Shown here piece after piece: positions 48,544-56,586 of a DNA stretch of 58,334 bases (position 1 is the stretch's first letter; every line of letters begins with the position of its first letter). Made by a program: the position numbers and the translations under genes. The DNA is from Candidatus Woesearchaeota archaeon. Its GTDB lineage: Archaea; Nanobdellota; Nanobdellia; Woesearchaeales; GW2011-AR15. Under the pieces are notes generated by a model that was given only the letters and a program-made list of their open reading frames with translations, was not told the DNA's origin and searched no databases. The stretch spans positions 6,430 through 64,763 of the forward strand of contig JAVZBY010000005.1 of the NCBI GenBank assembly GCA_038874655.1, written 5' to 3'.

Positions 48544-48651
48544 AAGATTATAGTATTTTGCTAATATTTATTATTTTCTATAGATTTAATTTATTATTAA
48601 TTATTTTTTATTAAAAAGTTTTTTAAATATATTTAAAATATTAAAAATTAT

Positions 48652-50520
48652 ATGATTCAATACGATAATTTAGATTATGAAAAATTAGGTTTTAAAGCTG
48701 GTTTAGAAATACATCAAGAATTAAATACTAAAAAATTGTTTTGCAATTGCGAAAGTAAATTAGAAGAAAAAGATTTAATTTGTGAGATAAAAAGAAAGAT
48801 AAGAGCTTCTGCTGGAGAAATTGGTGAGATTGATGCTGCTTCTTTATATGAACAACTAAGAGATAGAACTTTTATTTATCATGGCTATAAAAAAGAGGTT
48901 TGCTTAGTTGATTTAGATGAAGAACCCCCCCATATGATTAATGAAGATGCTTTTGAAATTGCTTTACAAGCTGCAAAAATTTTCAAATTAGATGTTCCAG
49001 ATACTATATGTACTATGAGAAAAACTGTTTCTGATGGGTCATCTGTTTCTGGTTTTCAAAGAACTATTTTAATAGGAAGTGAAAGTGAGAATTCATATTT
49101 AGAAACAAGTAAAGGAAAAGTAAAGATAGTCCAGCTAAATTTAGAAGAAGATTCTTGCAAAATTGAAAAAAAAGAAAATATAAATGAAAAAAATATTGTT
49201 TATTATTCTTTATCTAGACAAGGTATTCCATTGCTAGAGATTGGAACAGATGCTTCATTAAAAGATCCTGAACATGTAAAAGAAGTTGCTTTAGAAATTG
49301 GAACAATTTTAAGGTCTCTAAATGTAAAACGAGGTTTAGGAACAATTAGACAAGATGTAAATATTTCAATTAAAGATGGAACGAGAATTGAAGTAAAAGG
49401 TTGGCAGGATTTAAAAAAATTAGATTTATTAGTTAAAAATGAAGTTTTAAGGCAATATAATTTAATAGAAATAAAAAAAGAATTAGAAAAGAGAGGTTTA
49501 AAAAAGTTTGAAAAATTTGAAAAAGAGGTTACAAATATTTTTGAAAAAACGGAATTTAGGGTAATTTCTGACCTAATTAAAAATAATGGAAAAGTTTTTG
49601 CTTTGTTATTGCCAAAATTTTCAGGTTTGTTAAAAAGAGAAATATGCATAGGAAAAACTTTTGGTAAAGAATTAAGTGAATATGCAAAAGCATATGGAAC
49701 AAAAGGAATGATACATAGTGATGAGGATTTAATAAAATATAAATTAGAAAAAGAATTTATTGAATTAAGAAAACTGTTTAATGCTAATGAAGATGATTTG
49801 ATATTAATAGTGGCAGAAAAAGAAGAAATATGTAAAAAAGCTATTAATTCTGTTTATGAAAGAGCTCTTTATTGTTTAAAAGGTGTTCCTAATGAAACAA
49901 GAGTGCCTAATCATAATGATGCAACTTCTAGTTATGCAAGACCTTTGCCAGGAAGCCATAGAATGTATCCTGAAACAGACATACCATATATAAAGATAAC
50001 TAAAGAGATTATTGAAAATATAAAAATACCAGAATTATTAAAAGATAAAATTGAGAGATATCATAATAGCTATGGCATTGATAAGAGTATGGCAAAAGAA
50101 TTAATAAGAGAATATGATTTTGATTATTTTGTTTCTAAATATAAACATATTGACCCAAAATTTTTGGCTTTTGCATTATTAGATTACCCTAAAGAAATAA
50201 GAAAAAGATTTGGAAAAGAACTAGAGATTGAAAATAATCTTGATAAAATTGAAAAGGTTTTAGAAAAATTAAATAATAATGAAATAAGCAAAGATGCTGT
50301 TTTTGAGATTTTTGTTGAGATTTGTGAAAATAAAGAAATTGATTTTTTAAAATATAAAAAGATGGATGAGAATGAATTAAGAAAAGAAATTTCTGAAATA
50401 ATAACACAAAATAAAGGATTAAATTATAATGCAATGATTGGAAAAGTAATGGCTAAATTAAAAGGAAAAGCAGATGGAAAAAAGATTGTAGAGATTATAA
50501 AAGAGATTATGAATGAATAA
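48652..50520 (+). CDS. gatE: Glu-tRNA(Gln) amidotransferase subunit E
   Basis: GLEIHQEL..KKLFC, DEEPPH, SGFQRT, LEED, RGLGTIRQDVN, IHSDE insertion, RPLPGSHRMYPETD. Confidence 0.96.
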   Translation: MIQYDNLDYEKLGFKAGLEIHQELNTKKLFCNCESKLEEKDLICEIKRKIRASAGEIGEIDAASLYEQLRDRTFIYHGYKKEVCLVDLDEEPPHMINEDAFEIALQAAKIFKLDVPDTICTMRKTVSDGSSVSGFQRTILIGSESENSYLETSKGKVKIVQLNLEEDSCKIEKKENINEKNIVYYSLSRQGIPLLEIGTDASLKDPEHVKEVALEIGTILRSLNVKRGLGTIRQDVNISIKDGTRIEVKGWQDLKKLDLLVKNEVLRQYNLIEIKKELEKRGLKKFEKFEKEVTNIFEKTEFRVISDLIKNNGKVFALLLPKFSGLLKREICIGKTFGKELSEYAKAYGTKGMIHSDEDLIKYKLEKEFIELRKLFNANEDDLILIVAEKEEICKKAINSVYERALYCLKGVPNETRVPNHNDATSSYARPLPGSHRMYPETDIPYIKITKEIIENIKIPELLKDKIERYHNSYGIDKSMAKELIREYDFDYFVSKYKHIDPKFLAFALLDYPKEIRKRFGKELEIENNLDKIEKVLEKLNNNEISKDAVFEIFVEICENKEIDFLKYKKMDENELRKEISEIITQNKGLNYNAMIGKVMAKLKGKADGKKIVEIIKEIMNE

Positions 50521-50610
50521 TAATTCAATGTATACTAAAACATAAATATTAAGTTTTATAAATTATTAATTTTTCTTTTAATTTATAATGCATCTATTTT
50601 TATAAATAAT

Positions 50611-50743
50611 GGGGACATAGTACAACCTGGCTAGTATAGGCGGCTCCAGTCATGGAGCGATGAGCTGAAAAGCAATGAATTATTGGCGGTAAGTCAATCG
50701 AGGAAGTTACCGCCGGATCAGGGTTCAAATCCCTGTGTCCCCA
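50611..50743 (+). tRNA. tRNA-Trp(CCA) with 59-nt intron at 37/38 (50650-50708)
   Basis: GGGGACA/TGTCCCC acceptor, GGCGG/CCGCC anticodon stem, CT-CCA-G loop, CAGGG-TTCAAAT-CCCTG T-arm, A discriminator. Confidence 0.95.
50650..50708 (+). ncRNA. Intron-encoded, degenerate box C/D-type guide RNA
   Basis: TGGAGC complementary to anticodon region GCTCCA; GGCGGT complementary to ACCGCC; k-turn-like ATGA-GCT-GAAA-AGC-AATGAAT. Confidence 0.7.
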
Positions 50744-50910
50744 CTTTCTAAATTTTAAAAAATAATTCTCAAAAAATTTTATTAAAACTATAAAAATAAA
50801 TAAATTTAAGAATCTTGAATCTAATTATTTTTATACTAACTACTTAAAAATGAAAACATTTATATTTACCTTTTTATTTTAATATTTAAAAAGTATTTGG
50901 GGTGATTTAC

Positions 50911-51276
50911 ATGGCAAAAAAAGAAAAAACTTTACTACAAAAGATTGGACCATGGGCTTTTATTTTAGGTTTGGTTATAGCAATTGTTTCTGCATTAACA
51001 GGACAATTATTCTGGGGCTTAGGTTTATTGGGTTTAGTTGTAGGTTTATTGAATATAACTGAAAAAGAAAGTTCAATGTATTTATTAGCAAGTTTAACAT
51101 TTTTGTTAAGTGCTAATAGTTTATCTGTAACTTTAACAAAGGTTGTAAGTTTTATTCCTTTTGTAGGAGAATGGTTAAAAATAATTGATCCATTATTAGC
51201 TAATATAACATTATTTGTAGCGCCTGGAGCTGCTGTTGTTGCATTAAAAGCTTTATATAGCTTATCAAAAGATTAA
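50911..51276 (+). CDS. Hypothetical small multi-TM membrane protein
   Basis: GPWAFILGLVIAIV, GLVVGLLNITEKE, FVAPGAAVVALK; GGGGTGA SD before ATG 50911. Confidence 0.8.
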   Translation: MAKKEKTLLQKIGPWAFILGLVIAIVSALTGQLFWGLGLLGLVVGLLNITEKESSMYLLASLTFLLSANSLSVTLTKVVSFIPFVGEWLKIIDPLLANITLFVAPGAAVVALKALYSLSKD

Positions 51277-51313
51277 ATAGAAAAAATTTTTTGTTTTTTA
51301 TTTTTAAAATTTT

Positions 51314-52021
51314 TTATTCTATTTTAAAATAAACTCTTCTGTTATTTTTTCCTTTATTAACTGCTTCTAAAAAAACAATTTTTCCTATTTCTTTTAAAGA
51401 TTTAACATGACAACCTCCATCAGCTTGTGCATCAAAATTTTCTATCTCTACAATTCTAATTTCTTTTATATCATGCGGAAAACCTATTGCTAATTTAAAT
51501 AAGCTAGGATCTTTTTCTGCTTCTTCTCTTGATTTATAGTAAATTTTTATAGGTAAATCTTTTTTTATTAGAGAATTTGCTTTTTCAAATGCTTCTTTTA
51601 TTAAATTTAAATCCATTGTTTCCATGTCAAAATCAATTCTGCCTTTCTCTGTTGTTAATTGGTTTCCTGTTATCTTTAAATTATAATCTTTATTAAAAAT
51701 TCCACTTAAAACATGTGCTGCTGTGTGATATCTCATTAATAAATATCTTCTATCCCAATCAATTATACAATGAACTTCATCTTTTTCTTTTAATCCTTCT
51801 TCATCAACTTCGTGTGAAATAAAACCATCAAACTTACCAACAAAAATTACTTTAAATTGCTTATTATCTGATTTTCTTGTAATTACGCCTGTATCATTAT
51901 CAACGCCACCGCTTTTTGGAAAAAATGCTGTTTTATTTAGAATAATGTATTTTCCATTTGCTTTCTCTACAATAGCATCAAATTCTTTAAGATATGAATT
52001 ATCCATAAACAATGGAACCAT
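51314..52021 (-). CDS. alaXM: Alanyl-tRNA editing protein AlaX-M
   Basis: TAFFPKSGG, IDWDRRY..MRYHTAAH, DGGCHV; 235 aa. Confidence 0.93.
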   Translation of the reverse strand: MVPLFMDNSYLKEFDAIVEKANGKYIILNKTAFFPKSGGVDNDTGVITRKSDNKQFKVIFVGKFDGFISHEVDEEGLKEKDEVHCIIDWDRRYLLMRYHTAAHVLSGIFNKDYNLKITGNQLTTEKGRIDFDMETMDLNLIKEAFEKANSLIKKDLPIKIYYKSREEAEKDPSLFKLAIGFPHDIKEIRIVEIENFDAQADGGCHVKSLKEIGKIVFLEAVNKGKNNRRVYFKIE

Positions 52022-52096
52022 TCTCTCACCTTTAAAGTTAATTTTTATGATTATAAAGAAAAGATTTAAATTTATAAAAATAATCTCATATGCGAA

Positions 52097-52246
52097 ATGG
52101 CAGAACTTAATTATGTTGAAGAAGAAGTAACTTGTGTTGAATGCGGAAAAGTAATGAAAATTGTAACTATAGAAGGAACAGATAATTCTGAATATTTGTG
52201 TCCTAAATGTAGTTCCGGAGAATTTGTTGAGGAAGAAGAAGAATAA
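52097..52246 (+). CDS. 49-aa acidic zinc-ribbon microprotein
   Basis: Below track cut-off; MAELNYVEEEVTCVECGKVMKIVTIEGTDNSEYLCPKCSSGEFVEEEEE*. Confidence 0.8.
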   Translation: MAELNYVEEEVTCVECGKVMKIVTIEGTDNSEYLCPKCSSGEFVEEEEE

Positions 52247-52264
52247 AAAAACTCAAAAATTAAC

Positions 52265-52528
52265 TTATCTTTTTTTTATGTAACCTGGCATAGGTTCATA
52301 AATAATGTTTTCTTTTATTAATTCATTTATATAATTGTTAACTTCTCTTTCAGAAAAACCTCTGTTTTGTGCTTCTACTAAGATTAATTCTTTTTGAACA
52401 ATGTTTTTAGGTCCAAAAGTAAGTTGATTTATGATTGTGAGTAATTCTATTTTTCTATCTATTTGAACTTCTTTTCTAAGTGATTTTTGAAGCATATTTT
52501 GATATGCTAAAAGTTCATCTATATCCAT
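52265..52528 (-). CDS. Small winged-helix protein resembling archaeal MCM C-terminal WH domain
   Basis: ELILVEAQNRGFSEREVNNYINELIKENIIYEPMPGYIK. Confidence 0.7.
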   Translation of the reverse strand: MDIDELLAYQNMLQKSLRKEVQIDRKIELLTIINQLTFGPKNIVQKELILVEAQNRGFSEREVNNYINELIKENIIYEPMPGYIKKR

Positions 52529-52673
52529 TATGATCCCTATAAATAATTATGTCTTTTGTATATATAAAGTTTGTCCTAGTAAATAGTAAATATTTTTATA
52601 ATTGTTTTTTTTATAAAAAGGAGAGTTTAGAAATTCACAAAAAATATAAAATACAAAAGATTAATTTTTTTTA

Positions 52674-53870
52674 ATGAATAAAAGCATTAATTTTTTATCT
52701 GAAGAAAATTTAGAGAATATTAAAAAAGCTTTTGAGATTGCAAAAAACAATCTTAGAGATTGTTATGGAGATTTGGGAATTTATGCTGGATTGCATCATT
52801 TTAAGGATTATTGGGCAAGAGATGGTTTTTTTGCATCTTTTGGATCTTTAATTTTAAAGGATTATAATATAGTGAAAAAAAATTTAGAGCTTTTTTTAAA
52901 AAATGTAAATAAAGAGGGACAATTGCCTTTAAGAATTGGAAAGAGTTCTTTTGAAATTGCATTATCTTATATTATGAGAAGATACGATTCTAAAAGAAAA
53001 CCAATTTATTTTATAGATAAAAGTAATAAAAAACCTGTAGATCAAAACTCTCTTTTTATAATTTCTTTTTATGAATATATTAAAGAAACAAAAGATATTG
53101 ATTTTTTAAAAAACAATATAACAAAAATTGAAAAGATTATGGAATGGAATTTTAATCAAGATAAAGATAATGACTATTTGATTGAAGAAGACGAATTTTG
53201 TAATTGGGCTGACAGCATAAAAAAAAGGGGTAAAGTTCTTTATACAAATGTGTGTTTTTGCTATGCTTTAAAATGTATGGAAAATTTATATAGAATATTA
53301 AATAACGAAAAAAAAGAAATTGTATACAATGAGAAATATAAAATTGTGAAATCTAAGATTAATGAAAGATTTTGGCAAGGTGAATATTATTTAGATTGGA
53401 TAATTGATGAAAAAAATTTGAAAAAAACATTTGATTATTTTTCTAGTGATGGTAATTTTTTAGCAGTTATTTGGGATATTGCTGATAAAGAAAAATCTAA
53501 AAAAATAGAGGAAGCAAGCCATATTTTTGACATACATGAAATACCTTCAAAATGCGTTCATCCTAATTATTCAAATAAACTTGTTTCTTTTCAAACTAAA
53601 TTAATTGGTTTAAAAGATTATCATAATGGCTTATCTTGGTTATGGCTTGGTTGTATAAATGCAATTTCAAAAAATAAGGTAAATATGAAAAAAGAGGCTA
53701 TAGATATTTTACTAAAAATGTCAAATCTTATTATAAAGTATAATGGTGTTTATGAGGTCTATGATAAAGAAAAACCAGTAAGAAGATTAATATATAATGC
53801 AGAAATTCCTTTTGCTTGGAGTTCTGGAATGTTTTTATATGCATGTAATGAAATCTTAGGATTAAAATAA
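52674..53870 (+). CDS. (alpha/alpha)6 glycoside hydrolase (amylo-alpha-1,6-glucosidase/GH100-like)
   Basis: YWARDG, NWADS, YHNGLSWLWLG, YEVY, FAWSSG. Confidence 0.85.
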   Translation: MNKSINFLSEENLENIKKAFEIAKNNLRDCYGDLGIYAGLHHFKDYWARDGFFASFGSLILKDYNIVKKNLELFLKNVNKEGQLPLRIGKSSFEIALSYIMRRYDSKRKPIYFIDKSNKKPVDQNSLFIISFYEYIKETKDIDFLKNNITKIEKIMEWNFNQDKDNDYLIEEDEFCNWADSIKKRGKVLYTNVCFCYALKCMENLYRILNNEKKEIVYNEKYKIVKSKINERFWQGEYYLDWIIDEKNLKKTFDYFSSDGNFLAVIWDIADKEKSKKIEEASHIFDIHEIPSKCVHPNYSNKLVSFQTKLIGLKDYHNGLSWLWLGCINAISKNKVNMKKEAIDILLKMSNLIIKYNGVYEVYDKEKPVRRLIYNAEIPFAWSSGMFLYACNEILGLK

Positions 53871-53921
53871 AATGTTTAAGAATAAACTATAATAACTAAA
53901 AACCTGATAAAAAATTAAAAT

Positions 53922-54917
53922 TCAAAAATATTCAAATATGCTTAATACTTTTTCCCAGAATGTTTTTTCTTGATTTAATACATGGAAATAAAATACTTTT
54001 GTTGTTTTACCTCCTTTAGAATCCTCTGCTGTAAAAGCTATTTCTTTTGCACCATACCAATTTTTATTTGGTTTTATATAAGCTATGTTCTTTTTTATAA
54101 TTATTTCAAAATTATCTGGATTATTTGAAGTAAATGTTAGTTTATCTCCATCTGGATCGTAAAACCATTTTGATAAATCTATTTTATAGATACTATTTTT
54201 TTTTAATTTGATATAAAAAGCTGATTGACATAATTCAGAATCATAATAAAATTCACAATTATTTTCATCAACAATGTTTGTTGAAATTATTTTAATTTGT
54301 AAAGACAATAATGCTTCTTCTTTATTTGTTTCTACAACTACAAATGGATTAAAATTGCCTATATCTTTACAATCAGGGACTAATTTTAATTTTATTATTC
54401 TATATTCATTTGGATTTAAAACTAAGTTTTGTGTCATAAAAGCAGAACCTTTAAAATTTTTTATTTTGAATGAATACATCTCTTTATTAGAAGAGGGATT
54501 TGTTAATTTAAAGGAAAAATTAGCTTCGTTGCATTGTAAAATTTCTTGATTTGTTAAAATTGGCTCTATTTTTATAGCTGTTTTAAGATATTCTTTGTTC
54601 TCTTCTTTTCTTTCATCTGTTTTATTAGGATAATAAATATTTACTTCAAAGGAATGTTTTATTTCTTGTGTATTTTGTGTTTTTTGTATTTCTTTTGAGT
54701 CCTGCATTAAAATTAATTCTTTATTATCATAATTATTTTTTATTAATAATGCTTCTTTATCATCATAGCCTAAATTTATTTGGATTTCAGCTTTTATGTT
54801 TTTAGAAGATAAGAGTAATATTGAAAGAATAATTGAGAAGATTACAAATATTTTAAAAACTATTAATAAAGGGTTTTTAAAAATTAATTCTCTTTTTTTA
54901 TCGTATAGATTTATCAT
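53922..54917 (-). CDS. Membrane-anchored/secreted protein with Ig/cadherin-like domains
   Basis: N-terminal hydrophobic helix; IDLSKWFYDPDGDKLTF...KPNKNWYG...FTAEDSKGG. Confidence 0.75.
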   Translation of the reverse strand: MINLYDKKRELIFKNPLLIVFKIFVIFSIILSILLLSSKNIKAEIQINLGYDDKEALLIKNNYDNKELILMQDSKEIQKTQNTQEIKHSFEVNIYYPNKTDERKEENKEYLKTAIKIEPILTNQEILQCNEANFSFKLTNPSSNKEMYSFKIKNFKGSAFMTQNLVLNPNEYRIIKLKLVPDCKDIGNFNPFVVVETNKEEALLSLQIKIISTNIVDENNCEFYYDSELCQSAFYIKLKKNSIYKIDLSKWFYDPDGDKLTFTSNNPDNFEIIIKKNIAYIKPNKNWYGAKEIAFTAEDSKGGKTTKVFYFHVLNQEKTFWEKVLSIFEYF

Positions 54918-54990
54918 TTAGATTACCCTTTATGGAGATATTCTTTATAAATAGTTAATTATAAAAAATTTAATTAAAAAAATAAAAAAT

Positions 54991-56349
54991 TTAATAATAT
55001 GTTTGTCCAGAAACTTCTTCTGGTTCTTTGCCTTTCATTTTACCAAAGCCAACTACTAAACCTAAAATTACTAATAATACTACTAAGACAATTAATCCAA
55101 TTATTAATCCTTGTCTTAAATTACTTAAATCCATTGAAGGATTTTGTGTTTGTGTTTGACTTTCTATAACATTTGCTGTTAATGCTATTTGTTTTTTATC
55201 TCCTGATGTTTCTACTGTTACCATAAATACTTTTTCTCCTGCTGTTGCATCTTGTTTAGCTGTTACATATAAGTATGCTGTTTCTGTTTTACCTGCTTTT
55301 ACTAAAACTAATGTACTAGGTTCAACTCTATAGGTTGCCCAAGAATCTAAACCACTAACTGATAATTGGTAAGCTTTATCAGTAACGCCGTTATTGGATA
55401 TAATTATTGGATAAACTGTGCCTTGTGTTCCTTTTAAAACATCTTGCTTTCCAGGCATTGTTACTATTGTTTTTTCGTTTTGTGTTATAGGTGAAATTTC
55501 ACAAGAGTTATCTGCTGTTACTTTTATGTATGTTTGTTTTAATGTTTCTTCATCTCCATCTGCATATTCAACTGTTGCTTTTACCATATAATTTCCTGGT
55601 TGAGCACAAGATGGAATTTTTAAAAACATATCTTCTGAGCTTGTTGCTTCATTTGCTTCTAATTCATCTATGTATTCTGTTGCTTTTATATTCAATTCTG
55701 GGATGCTTATTGTAATTTTTATACTTTCTTCTGCTTCTTCACCCATGTTCTTTATTCTTACATTTGCAAATAAACCTCTTCCTGCTTGTACACTATCACT
55801 TGGATCTAAAACAATATCTTGTATTACTAAATTGTGTTCAGGTGCTTCAACTTTTAAGTTATATTCTCTAACAAAGGTATGACTATATTTATCTGAGATC
55901 ATTATTCTTAATTTTAACTCATCTCCAGTTTCTACTTTGAAATCATCTGGTAATCTAACTTTTAAGTTCTTTTCATAAGAAACATTTGCTTTTACATCAA
56001 ATGTAGAGGTTATATCAAATATTTGATCTCTAAATTTGCTTCCTCTGTGATAACCTGTAATAACAGCCATTATTTGTACATCATCCGCATCTTGTAAAGA
56101 AACAAATTCCACTCTAACATTTAGATCTTGTCCTCTTTCAAATGCTTTTAATGTTGTAACATCATTTTTTACAATTCTATCATTAACTCTAACTAAACAC
56201 TCTTCTATGTTTAATGCTGCTGAGTTAGCACTATTTCCATAACATACTCCATTTGAGCAACAATCAACACATTCTGTTTGTGCAAATGCACCAAATATTG
56301 ACATTATCAATACTAACAAACCAAATATAATTGTTATTTGTTTTTTCAT
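54991..56349 (-). CDS. CARDB/Ig-like cell-surface protein, S-layer-like, C-terminal TM
   Basis: Signal peptide (GAFA|Q), VRIKNMG...ITISIPEL, C-terminal TM and EEVSGQTYY tail; perfect SD. Confidence 0.8.
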   Translation of the reverse strand: MKKQITIIFGLLVLIMSIFGAFAQTECVDCCSNGVCYGNSANSAALNIEECLVRVNDRIVKNDVTTLKAFERGQDLNVRVEFVSLQDADDVQIMAVITGYHRGSKFRDQIFDITSTFDVKANVSYEKNLKVRLPDDFKVETGDELKLRIMISDKYSHTFVREYNLKVEAPEHNLVIQDIVLDPSDSVQAGRGLFANVRIKNMGEEAEESIKITISIPELNIKATEYIDELEANEATSSEDMFLKIPSCAQPGNYMVKATVEYADGDEETLKQTYIKVTADNSCEISPITQNEKTIVTMPGKQDVLKGTQGTVYPIIISNNGVTDKAYQLSVSGLDSWATYRVEPSTLVLVKAGKTETAYLYVTAKQDATAGEKVFMVTVETSGDKKQIALTANVIESQTQTQNPSMDLSNLRQGLIIGLIVLVVLLVILGLVVGFGKMKGKEPEEVSGQTYY

Positions 56350-56356
56350 TCTTTTT

Positions 56357-56362
56357 ACCTCC
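56357..56362 (-). promoter_or_regulatory. Shine-Dalgarno site GGAGGT
   Basis: TAGGAGGTAAAAAGAATG on the - strand, 7 nt before the ATG at 56349. Confidence 0.75.
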
Positions 56363-56586
56363 TATTTAATTGACTTTGTTAACATGCTAGACTAATATAA
56401 ATTTGAATTATTTTAGGTTATATTTAAATTTGCTTATTTTTATCATTAATTAGTTAATATAAATTTTTATTATTATATAATAGTTATAAAATTAAAGTAC
56501 TATATAAATTTTTCTATTTTTACTATCAATAAGTAATAAATTTTATTTTATAAATTAATATTAAATTAATACTAAATTACTAAAAA

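Noticed and set aside
45911-50743. tRNA genes as integration sites of a provirus or island
   Set aside because: No integrase, no duplicated tRNA 3' end noticed, and flanking genes are housekeeping.
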